The position numbers were made by a program, and so were the translations under genes. A stretch of 20,840 nt of DNA from Chiloscyllium plagiosum. Taxonomy: Eukaryota. The notes under the pieces were generated by a model. That model was not told the DNA's origin and ran no database searches. It was given only the letters and a program-made list of their open reading frames with translations. Below are positions 1 to 8,686 of the stretch, one piece after another (positions within the stretch are counted from its first letter, which is position 1; every line of letters starts with the position of its first letter). The stretch lies in the NCBI RefSeq assembly GCF_004010195.1, contig NC_057728.1:43617989-43638828 (forward strand), given 5' to 3'.

Positions 1-38
1 CGTCTAATGCTGACCTTCAGTTGTCATCAAATGAAAGT

Positions 39-1566
39 ATGGCAGTAATTATCAAAACTATACTGATGCATCCAGCTCTCTGTCTTACAATTCTATTATC
101 ACTCTCAGGGTTATAATGTGGCTATGTCCATGAATGTGGTTGATACAGACTGTGGAAACCAGGTTGTTGGTAACATCACCTTTTATTGAACACAGTTTTC
201 CAAGTATTTATAGGACCAGATATCTAATGAAGCTTTCGCATAGAACTATTTGCCAACAGTTCTTACAGTCATGTGACCTTGCATCATTGATGATGTAGAT
301 TATCATATTTACATATTGACATTAACCATTACCTCTTTTGACTCATCCACTATTGACAAAATACTAAGCTGACTTTAAGTACCACAGGAACAAAAAATTC
401 TTCTAATTAAATTATTAAGATTTCAGCCTTGGCTTTTGGTCCACACTCCAAACTCAATTTTCTAGCTACTGACTCCATCCTGCTATAAAAGATAATGGGT
501 CTGAAAAAGTTAATGTTGAAGCTGCATTCAGTTTCACCTAATCTTATGATGACGCACAGTCTTTGTGTGGAGAAGGAGCACCTAACATGAAGACCCAATT
601 AAGACAAAAGCATCATCTCTGCCTCCTGACAGTCTTTGTAATTATGCCTGATTAGTCATTGTAACTTGTACCAATTGCTATCATGCAGTAAACTACACTT
701 ATTCAGTAAGAACAGTGCCTGTTCTCACAAAGACCAGGATTAGCAAGAACAACATTCTCCACAAAAGATATTCAGTGGAGAAATGATTTACAGAAGATCA
801 AAATCCAATAGTCCACAAACCAAATACACAACAATTTTCCAAAATCAAATAAACTTTGTTCTTGGAGAAGTTAGCCTGGGTGAAATCTACAGTCTGAATT
901 TAAGAAGGCAGAGATTTGAGGGATGATGAGATAGTAGTAAATGCAAATATAATTTATACATACAGGTAAATAACTACCAGTATGTGAAAAAGAAAAGCTC
1001 GCGGTGAGATGTTGTATAAGATAATGGTTCTGAAAGAGTTGAAGTTAGTGTAGTCCCTGCATAAAGCTCCACCTAATTTGATGATGTCACCATCTTTGGC
1101 TGAAGAAGACAGTTTGGTACAAGATCTTGATGAAGACTGACGTGTCATCTCCAGTTTCTGATATTCTTTGTAATTATGATTAACTAGTCAATGTAACCTG
1201 TACCTATTGTTATTGTTTACAATTGAGACAGGAGGAGTACAATACATCTTTCTCTTAAGGATAAACAATACTACTAGTATGGCTAGCAACATCTACATTT
1301 CATGGACAAATATTTTTTAAATCCCACAGAACTGGACAATGTGAATGTCTTGGAAGGCTATTGTGACCTATTTTGTATAAGGATGGTAATTCTGTACAAT
1401 GTGTGATAAGCACATAAGGGGAAGTTGCTTTCTAAGCTTAAAGTATAAGCTGCCGACAAAAAGGTGATTACTGAATAGCATATTTTAGTCATTTGTTACA
1501 ATAAAAATCTAGTCATATCATTTTTTTTCAGCTGTTAGCTGGAAGTTTGATTTACTTTAAGAGTTA
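39..1566 (+). pseudogene. Decayed Toll-like-receptor-type gene, ectodomain part (signal peptide, LRRs, LRR-CT, probable TM)
   Basis: Manual translation across stops and frameshifts. ATG at 39 gives MAVIIKTILMHPALCLTILLSLSGL (signal-peptide-like). LRR-like motifs: LSYLHIDINH (300-329), SSN*IIKISALAFGPHSKLNFL (399-464), SSLPPDSLCNYA*LVIVTCTNC (613-678), LTKTRISKNNI (724-756), IFQNQINFV..LGEIYSLNL (834-902), NLYIQVNNYQYV (~950-986). LRR-CT-like NWT(fs)CECL (1330-1351) .. VQC (1394-1402) .. KGKLLSKL .. C (1451). Hydrophobic IIFFQLLAGSLIYFK at ~1517-1561. Confidence 0.6.
489..1213 (+). repeat. Diverged direct repeat (copies ~489-681 and ~1018-1213, offset ~530 bp)
   Basis: aagataatgggtctgaaaaagtt vs aagataatggttctgaaagagtt; cacctaatcttatgatg vs cacctaatttgatgatg; ctttgtaattatgcctgattagtcattgtaacttgtaccaattgctat vs ctttgtaattatgattaactagtcaatgtaacctgtacctattgttat. 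Confidence 0.85.
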
Positions 1567-2455
1567 TCAGTCTCTCTGTTTCAGGAGACTATTGACTATA
1601 CGCAGGATGTATGTCAGTTCTGGAATGTTCATCATTTGTTGAGGCTTTAAGGTTTGATTTACAAGTGGCAGTCCCTTCTGCATAGATAAGTGCTGTTTCT
1701 TCCTTCCATTAGGCTGTCTTTTCTGCCATCTGATGATCAATAGAGTCCTCTGCTTCTTCCTGACTGTTTATCTTCCACCACTCTGGTCAGCAACAAGAAC
1801 TTCATATGCATCATTTCCAATCCTGGTCAACATGAGTTCTTATGTGCAGTCAAACATATACTGTGGATTTGTGCCAATAACAAGCTTACAAGAAAGTATG
1901 TCTTTGGGATACAGCCATTATCTATTTGGCTAGCATGACCAGATAACAGGGTTGTCACTGACTCAGAAAGGGAAATATGCTGTGGATTGTAATGAGCATA
2001 CAGCTGTTCTCCTATTTTCAGCATGCTGTTTTGCCAGGAAAAGCCTAAAATTCATCTGAAGCAATGGTGGAAGCTATTCAGCCTTTTTCCTGAGCTTGAA
2101 TCCCTACAGTGTGGAAGCAGGTCATTTGGCCCACTGAGTCTTCACCAACCCTTTGAAGAGCATCCCACCAAACCCATCCTATCCCTGTAACCCTGCATTT
2201 CCCATGGCTAATTCAATTAACCTGTACATCCCTGGATACTATGGACAATTTAGCACAATCCACCTAACCTGCACATCTTTGGACTGTGGGAGGAAACTTG
2301 AGCACCTGGAGAAAACCCAAGCACACATGGTGAAAACGTACAAACTCCACACAGATAGTCACCCAAGGATGGTATTGAAACCAGGTCCCTGGTGCTGTGA
2401 TGCAGTAATGCTAACCATTGAGCCATCATGCCACCCCAAGTTGCATACATTGACA
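1567..2455 (-). mobile_element. RTE-clade (BovB/Expander-like) LINE 3' fragment, degenerate, interrupted by an HE1 SINE
   Basis: Minus strand reads QEKRLNSFHHCFR*ILGFSWQN, then DNG-IPKDIL--LVIG, then YEVLVADQS, then C-RDCH, across frameshifts. These match the RTE ORF C-terminus pattern (RLNSFHLRCLRRILGISWQD; DGRIPKDILYGEL; CSRDCHSRIGL). The reading ...MYA|..QEK is continuous across the SINE. Confidence 0.8.
2098..2437 (-). mobile_element. HE1-type tRNA-derived V-SINE (older, diverged copy)
   Basis: Minus strand starts GGGGTGGCATGATGGCTCAATGGTTAGCA (A box) and GGTTTCAATACC (degenerate B box). It has the V-domain-like TGTGTGGAGTTTG..TTTCCTCCCACAGTCCAAAGATGTGCAGG and a CR1/HER1-like tail GGGCCAAATGACCTGCTTCCACACTGTAGGGATTC. 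Confidence 0.92.
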
Positions 2456-2459
2456 ATGA

Positions 2460-2985
2460 GTGACAGTGTGTAAAGCTGTTTGCTAATAAGGTTGCACTGT
2501 TATCCTATACCGACCTTCACTTGCAACAGCTGTGGATTAGTTTTCCTATTTCAACACATGGTTATGATTGAGAATCAGTGTCAGGAACATCAAAGTTGTT
2601 GGCCAGTGCATGAAAGTTCTATCTTCAATCATCATCAACAATCTCATTTGAGAGGTAATCAATAATTTGTCCCTTGGTATCAAAATCAGCATTGCAGAGG
2701 TTGCAGGTGCCTTGTCAATGTTCAAAGACTGTGTGGATCAACAGTAAATTCACTGAAAATCCAAAGCACCAAGTATGCTATGCTTTTGCTCTAAGCATCA
2801 GTCCCTTGGTGGATTGAAACAGTATTACCATAAGGAATTAACTGTCATCAGTATTGTTAATACAGGCTCTTGATTTTTAAAAACTCTTTTAGGACTCCTT
2901 AGAAATTGTAACTACTTTAGAAATGGCCACAGTTGTGTCATTAATATGCTTTTGGATATTTTGTTGAAAATATTGCTTTTAGATT
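2460..2985 (+). pseudogene. Decayed TIR-domain-like region, cytoplasmic part of the same TLR-type pseudogene
   Basis: Motifs occur in TIR order. NNLSLGIKISIAEVAGAL (2661-2714) resembles RDFxxGxxIxxNIxxAI. After a frameshift, CSKTVWINSKFTEN (2719-2760) resembles SRKTxxVxSxxF. VLLIQAL resembles the IILILLEPI strand. LLGLLRNCNY-(fs)LE-(fs)WPQ (2886-2932) followed by FW (2950-2955) and LK resembles TLR box 3, YLEWP...FWxxL. Confidence 0.6.
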
Positions 2986-3199
2986 AATATCCATGAAAAT
3001 ATACAGATCTCAAAGTGTGACACTTGAAAATGCTATTTTTATTTTTTATATTCAGATCTTCCACTACTACATCAAATCAAATTTTAATCAATTTTCAAAA
3101 TTAACCTATATTTCCTGGTGCAATTACGTTTAACAATTCAGCATCTTCTGCCTTGGAATAAAAAATATTGACAGTTTATCTTACTAAAGTCAAAGTGTA

Positions 3200-3365
3200 G
3201 TTAAGATTAGAGTGTGTTGGAAAAGCACAGCAGGTCAGGCAGCGTCTGAGGAGCAGGAAAATCGACGTTTCGGGCAAAAGGATGCTGCCTGACCTGCTGT
3301 GCTTTTCCAGCACCATTCTAACCTTAACTCTAATCTCCAGCATCTGCAGTACCCACTTTCACCTA
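3200..3365. mobile_element. Short palindromic Penelope-derived (pLTR/MER6-like) element with deleted centre
   Basis: Perfect inverted arms tggaaaagcacagcaggtcaggcagc (3218-3243) and gctgcctgacctgctgtgcttttcca (3284-3309), extendable imperfectly to 3200/3328. A hammerhead half-motif gacgtttcg sits at 3264-3272. The element is flanked by the direct repeat aaagtcaaagt (3186-3196, 3369-3379). Confidence 0.8.
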
Positions 3366-3589
3366 GTCAAAGTCAAAGTAGTTAGCAGACAACCACCCTA
3401 CCAATATTATTCAAATGGAACAAACATTATATGCTGACAGTAGGTACAATGTTTGACCTATAACAAATACTGTTCTGTTGAAACACAAAATGGAAATGGA
3501 TTTCAAAACAAGTAACAGTATATTTTTATCAACAGAAATCATCATTATTGTAAATAAATTAAAACAGAATAAATTGCACATTGGACAAA

Positions 3590-4035
3590 ATATACTGGCT
3601 TTGGAAAGAATACAGCAAAGATTTACCAGCAAGGATTCAGAGGAAATCTGACAGATTTGGCCTTGCCTTCCGCAGAATATAGAAAGTTGAGGAGTAATCT
3701 TGTTGAACGTTTTCAGAATTTTGAATGGAATTTATAGAGTAGAAAGAGGAACGTTTTTCATTGGCATGAAAATCTTCGACAGGGGTTCATTACCTCATAA
3801 TCAGTGAGGAAGAAGTAGTTAGTGAGAATGTCTTGAAATGATGGGTGTTAGGAATGTTTGCTACAAAAAGTTGTATGCTCTTATTTAAATTTTAATTTCA
3901 AATCTGAGATGAATTTCATTTTGCAACCCAAGCATATTAAGGGATACAGAGACAAGATGGGTGGATCAGGTAATACATCAGTCATCATCTCACTAAATTC
4001 ATGCAGGGTTGTATGGTTTATTCATGTTCCTAAAT
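3590..4035 (+). mobile_element. Old CR1-clade LINE 3' fragment
   Basis: ILALERIQQRFT (3590-3627) and EYRKLRSNLVE--RILNG resemble the CR1 ORF2 C-terminus seen in the intact ORF at 12962-13690. Followed by attaagggatacagagacaagatgggt and a CR1-like tail. Confidence 0.75.
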
Positions 4036-4385
4036 ATAGTAAAATTGTCCTAATTCTTTATAAAACATGCATTGGCCCCAGTTTGAATACTGTGGTTATT
4101 TATGGGCATCACAGATTAGGATGTCAAGCCTATAATGAGCTCAGACGAAATTTGCTAGACATCCAGAATGAAAGACTTTAATTACGTGGAGAAACTCAAA
4201 ATAGTGGAGTTGTCCTTCTTGGAGCAGAGAAAGCTTTTCATAAGGAATTGGATAACTGCTTGGACAGGAAAAAAAATCAGTGCTGTGAAGCAGAAGAGGA
4301 TTGGTACTAATTATATAGCTCTTTAAAAGTGCTTCTATTGGCAGGATGAGCTAAATGTGATTTTTTTTGCATTGTATGATTTTAC
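4036..4385 (+). mobile_element. Second old CR1-clade LINE 3' fragment
   Basis: YSKIVLILYKTCIGP(fs)FEYC resembles YKSxDVLLRLYKALVRPHLEYC. Also ggagttgtccttcttggagcagagaa (GLFSLEQR-like) and the tail ttttttgcattgtatgatttt. Confidence 0.7.
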
Positions 4386-4552
4386 AAATGTTTTCTGTTA
4401 ATTGTCTGATCCATGCTGTCCATATTCGTCCCTCGCCATCCTCCTCTACCAACCACCATTTCACTCACATCTTCCTTCAGCAGCTTCCAAAAGGAAATGA
4501 CATGAACATTTTGCATTGAGGAAATGGCAAGCTTTTAGTCCTGGCAATTCCC

Positions 4553-5038
4553 TACTACATTAAAACAACCACTGATGAATTTAAAGGACCCCATACCCAC
4601 AGACAGCAGAATAAACATAATATACAAAATACTCTGCAAGGACTGCAATAAATATTACAATGGACAAACCTGCAGGAAACTACCTACCAGAATATATGAG
4701 CATCAACTAGCCACCAAAAGACATGACCAACTATTACTCATATCCATACGCACAGGTGAAGAGGAACATCGGCTTGAATGGGAAAAAGCATCCATCCTGG
4801 GACAGGCCAAACAAAAACATTCATGGGAATTCCTAGAGGCCTGGCATTCAAACTGGAACTCCATTAACAAACGTATAAAATTGGACCCAATTTACCAAAC
4901 TCTCAGAAACAGAACTGGAAATAATGTCACCCACTACAACAAACCAAGACAGATAAAGGGACAGAACACCAACGCTTCAGCAGAGGCGCATTGATGGTGT
5001 TACCTAGCATGGTGATGAAATGTCTGAAAATTAACCCA
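4553..5038 (+). mobile_element. Penelope-like element 3' fragment (GIY-YIG endonuclease and pLTR with decayed hammerhead)
   Basis: Contains the GIY-YIG ORF at 4575-4994, followed by ttgatggtgttacctagcatggtgatgaaatgtctg, which is homologous to the hammerhead-bearing arms at 12442-12482 and 12686-12727. Confidence 0.9.
4575..4994 (+). CDS. GIY-YIG endonuclease domain of a Penelope-like retroelement (5'-truncated remnant)
   Basis: LKDPIP..NIIYKILCKDCNKYYNGQTCRKLPTRIYEH..H..H.LEWEKASIL..EFLEAWHS..SINK matches the Penelope/Poseidon-type xIYxIxCxxCxxxYIGQTxRxLxxRxxEH signature. Confidence 0.85.
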   Translation: MNLKDPIPTDSRINIIYKILCKDCNKYYNGQTCRKLPTRIYEHQLATKRHDQLLLISIRTGEEEHRLEWEKASILGQAKQKHSWEFLEAWHSNWNSINKRIKLDPIYQTLRNRTGNNVTHYNKPRQIKGQNTNASAEAH

Positions 5039-5888
5039 AAAAGAAATCACGCTCAATAAATCTACTGGAAATTTTCAAGGTGTTGAATCTGATTTTAATT
5101 AGCAGGTATCTATGAGAGCTAAATCAACATGTTAGATAAAGATTCAAAAACAAACTTGAACTGAAAAATGCTCAGGCTTTATTAACAAATACCACATGCA
5201 GCTTTTTTTTTGTTAAAAGATATGAGAGAGAGAAACCAAAGGATCCCAAACTCTCCATGTTTTTTGCACCTTTACAAAAGAAAGAATAACATTTATATAC
5301 TTTAAAGTATGCTCAGAAGTGACAAATTATCATGAAATGTCTATCATCCATAACACTTAAATTTGACTTATTAATTTTCCAAAACATCAATCATTCATGC
5401 CATTCCATAAATGTGTTTCTGTGTATGGACGTTTTGTTTAGGCTAAAATCTGGAGTTCAAAATATATAAGGAGCCATGACAAGGTTAGAGATGTTGTATG
5501 CATTCAGCTTGTGTCATGTTTATTGTCTCCAACGTTTTCCCAGTCCTTTTTAACTTACTGATCTATAACTCGAGAGTTGGCCAATGTTTTTCCCATCAAG
5601 CAATGTTAAATGTTTCCCATAATACCACAAAGGATGTAACTAGTAGAGTTGGTAAGTGGGAACTGTACATGTGTTTTATTTAGACTTTCAGTAAGTTTTT
5701 GATAAGGTCGCATATGAAGAGATTAGCATGTAAACTGAAAGCGCAACGCATTGGGGATAGTGCACTGACATGGATAGAGAATTGGCTGGCAGACAGGAAA
5801 CAAAGAATAGGAATAAAGGGTCAATGGGGTACTACAGGCATCAGTATTTGGCTGGCAGCTATTCACATTATATTTTAATGATTTAGAT

Positions 5889-6815
5889 CAGTGATTATCA
5901 ACCGTGTTTTGGCCACAGCTCCCCAAGAACTCTTCTCAGGTTCCAGGGCCTCCCTTTCAAACAGGCAGACGACACGAACAGATAGACAGAAAATCATTTA
6001 TTATTGAACACCAAGAAAACTTGAACATTCCGACATACAGGACAAAACTTGAAAAACAGACTGTATGAAATTAAACATCTATTAGGCCTAATGCGATCCT
6101 TAAGCTTGGTGCTTTTCTGCAAGTTTCATGATATCGGGCTCCAAATTAGACACTGACAATTGGAGACCACCTCTTGTTGCGATATCAATTCTGTTTCTGG
6201 ATTTTGTCAAGGAAACCACCTTGCACAATCTGCTCTCAATCAAATATGTTGAGGGAAAGACAATAAAAAATATTTGGGCTTTTTCCCACAGTGTTGTAAA
6301 TTTATCTGGCAGATGACTCTTGATCTAAAAGTCTTTTGGAAACTGACTGAACTGACAACATGCAGTTATATCGCTCTGAAGATCAACCAATCTCTCCGGA
6401 ATTTTTGCCTCAACTTGTGTGGGTTGTACTTCAAATGGATTCAAAATCTAATCTGAGATACCAAAGATTAACAGGTCATTAAATGTTTCTTGCATATCTT
6501 TGTGTACCTGCTTTAGATGTTTCAGATAAACGGTAAGGTTATCATCCTTCAGTGCCTCTGCGATTGGCTTCAGGTTTGGAAATTGTAAAAATTCTCGACA
6601 TCCCATATTGTGTCAATAGACTTTGAGTTTCTTAAAGAAAGAAATAATGGCTTCCTTACAATCTATGAGGTTACTGTTTTTGCTCTGTAACTAGTTCAAT
6701 TCCCAGGGCCCCCATAAGTCATTGGGGCTCCCCTTTTCACAGTTTTTAGTCTGTGGCCCCATTCAAATGTGCCAGAGCCCCTAAGGGGGCAATATGGCCC
6801 CACTGAGAATGGCTG
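5889..6815 (-). mobile_element. hAT-superfamily (Charlie/Buster-type) DNA transposon, internal-deletion derivative, 927 bp
   Basis: Imperfect TIRs CAGTGATTATCAAC (5889-5902) and CAGCCATTCTCAGT (reverse complement of 6802-6815). Degenerate 8-bp TSD atttagat (5881-5888) / attttgaa (6816-6823), similar to the Charlie nTCTAGAn target. Repeated subterminal ggcccc/gggccc motifs. The element cleanly interrupts the CR1 RT. Confidence 0.88.
6088..6695 (-). pseudogene. C-terminal ~200 codons of a hAT Charlie/Buster-type transposase (dimerisation domain)
   Basis: LQSKNSNLIDCKEAIISFFKKLKVY*HNMGCREFLQFPNL..HLKQVHKDMQETFNDLL..ILNPF..ERLVDLQSD..DF*IKSHLPDKFTTLWEKAQIFFIVFPSTYLIESRLCKVVSLTKSRNRIDIATRGGLQLSVSNLEPDIMKLAEKHQA*GSH*. 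Several internal stops and a frameshift. Confidence 0.88.
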
Positions 6816-7187
6816 ATTTTGAATACCAAATTACATGTAATGTCACCAAATGTGCAGACTACATAAAACAGGTTGAGAAGGTCAATTGTGAGGATGATGC
6901 AGAAATTCTTCAGTGTGATTTTGACAAGATGAATAAGGGGGCAAATGCATGGCGGATAAAGTATAAAGTGGATAAATGTGAGGTAGCAAAAACAGGAAGG
7001 CAGATTATTATCTGAATGCTGATAATGAGACCGGGACTCCTTGCACATCAATTGCTGAAAATAAACATTTCGGTTCAGTAGGTGGCCAATGCTTTCTTAG
7101 CAAGAAATTCAAGTACAGGAGCAGAAACATCTAACTCAATTGTACAAGGGCCTTAGTGAGACCACACCTGGAGTACTGTGGTCTCCT

Positions 7188-7445
7188 TAGAGTCACAGAG
7201 ATGTACAGCATGGAAACAGACATTTCGATCCAACTCGTCCATACTGACCAGATGTCCTAAATTAATCTAGTCCCATTTGCCAGCATTTGGTCCACATTCC
7301 ACGAAACCCTTTCTAATCATGTACCTTTCCAGTTGTCTTTTAAATAATGTAATTGTACCAGCCTCCACCACTTCCTCTGGCAGCTCATGCCACACATGCA
7401 CCACCCTCTGAGTGAAAACGTTACTCCTTAGGTCCAGTTTATATC
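7188..7445 (-). mobile_element. HER1/CR1 LINE 3' tail fragment
   Basis: agagtcacagagatgtacagcatggaaacagac..tcccatttgccagcatttgg..ccaccacttcctctggcagctcat is near-identical in layout to the tail at 17566-17830. Confidence 0.9.
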
Positions 7446-7473
7446 CAATTTTTATTCCTAATCTTTTTTATTT

Positions 7474-7750
7474 CACATGTCTTACTAACTTGATTGAAAT
7501 TTTCAATGAGGTGACAAAGGTGAATGATGAGAGTAGAGCATGGATGTTGTCTACATTGTATTTAGTAAGGTTTTCAACAAGGCCCTCATCCAGAAGTGGC
7601 ATGGGATCCATGGTGAGTTGGCCACTTGGAGTCAGATTTGGTTTGTCCATGGAGACAGACGGTAGGGGTTGAAGGGCATTTTTCTGGCTGGAGATCCACT
7701 GACCAGTGGTGTTCTGCAGATATCCATGCTGGGACCCATGCTGTTTGTGG
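7474..7750 (+). mobile_element. CR1-clade LINE RT fragment
   Basis: TCLTNLIEIFNEVTKVNDESRA, FSKVFNK, WRSTDQW/TSGVLQISMLGPMLFV correspond to the RT motifs SCLTNL..., DFSKAFDKV and SGVPQGSVLGPLLF. Confidence 0.85.
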
Positions 7751-8040
7751 AGAGTGAATCTTGGAACGAGGACCAGTGCAGGGAGCAAGTCCTGGAGTTG
7801 AGATTGGCACAGGAAATTACGTTCCAGTGTGGAGGCCAGTGGGGGGAGCAAGTCCCGCAGAAAATGTATCTGAGGCTGGTGCGGAGCGGACTGGGGGCTT
7901 GCAGCAAAGCAGGGATGGTTGTCGTACTGGGGCAGGGTGCAGGTGGTCAGAAATCCTGTGGAAGCCCCTGCGCTGAGCTATTATAATGTAATGTCTATTT
8001 GTAATTTGTTTATCTGACTGTAATGTCCATGCTGCTCTTT

Positions 8041-8326
8041 TATCATGGTTAGGTTTTTCTTGGTTTTCTTTCAGGAGGTCATAAAGACACAGTCTCCGAA
8101 ATTGGGATTGATCTACATTAGGAAGCTTTCAAGTTTAAAAAAAAACACTTGTACAATGAAAGGGGAGTGGCCAGTTCTCCCAGCTCAGTTTTTCTCTGAG
8201 CTGGTTTGGTTTGGTTTGATTTGGGTTTTAGCTGTCTGGCTGTTCACTGAAAGCAGTCAGTCAGTTTTAAGGCTGCTGGTCCAAAAAACAGCTGCATGGA
8301 AGAAGGTGTTCCATGCTGAATCTCTG

Positions 8327-8369
<43 letters not shown>

Positions 8370-8686
8370 GACACTGTGTTTGATTTTACCTTTTTTGCCA
8401 AGGGGTATTTATGGGGATTGTTGCTAGTACTTGGAACAGCATCTTTAAATTGGGATAATCTGTTGGGTTTTTGGATCGGTGAAGTTAATATATATTCTGC
8501 TCTCTTTTATTTGTGTTTCATTCAGTAATCTTGTGAATAAATCCTGTTTTGTTTAAAACTAAGTGGTTTGACCAGCTGCATTACTCGTGGAATATCTGCT
8601 CTCAACCTGCCTAAAACAACTAGCTAAGTTAAGGTCCGGGCTACATTCTTGAAATTTTTTGAGGGGGTTTGGCCTGGTCCATAACT
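8041..8686 (+). mobile_element. Probable solo LTR of an LTR retrotransposon
   Basis: Degenerate inverted termini tatcatgg..(8041) / ..gtccataact (8686), interpreted as TGTTATGG..CCATAACA. AATAAA at 8536-8541, internal (CT)n, no coding capacity. No clean TSD found. Confidence 0.6.
8330..8365. repeat. (CT)n microsatellite
   Basis: Uninterrupted tctctc run of about 18 dinucleotide units. Confidence 0.97.

Larger units (their letters stand above)
5630..7188 (+). mobile_element. Old CR1-clade LINE RT fragment, split by the hAT element (pieces ~5630-5888 and ~6816-7188)
   Basis: Before the insertion: DVTSRVGK, YLDFQ..FDKV, WIENWLADRKQRIGIKG, QLFTLY..NDLD. After it: CNVTKCADYIK (degenerate CNISKFADDTK), LQCDFDKMNKGANAWRIKYKVDKCEV, ALVRPHLEYC. 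Confidence 0.85.

Noticed and set aside
610..681. LCNY..VTC as a cytokine-receptor (CxxDY..IxCxW) domain
   Set aside because: The conserved Trp and a WSxWS motif are absent, and the surrounding motifs are LRR-like.
407..1148. Minus-strand ORFs 407-598 and 954-1148, which resemble each other, as a gene or endogenous viral fragment
   Set aside because: They are the antisense shadow of the plus-strand duplication. The silent-change pattern and LRR motifs fit plus-strand frames, and no viral motif was recognised.
2153..2473. 106-aa ORF and its homologue 9090-9452 (120 aa) as a small gene family
   Set aside because: Both are antisense readings of HE1 SINEs.
3200..3328. Rho-independent terminator, CRISPR repeat or host miRNA gene
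   Set aside because: The context is eukaryotic, there is no repeat-spacer array, and the hairpin is explained by a Penelope-derived element with flanking direct repeats.
7412..8383. Cluster of overlapping ORFs on both strands (7412-7986, 8045-8383)
   Set aside because: They are chimeric frames across a CR1 fragment, a G-rich repeat and an LTR with a (CT)n tract (SLSLSL). There is no coherent protein signal.
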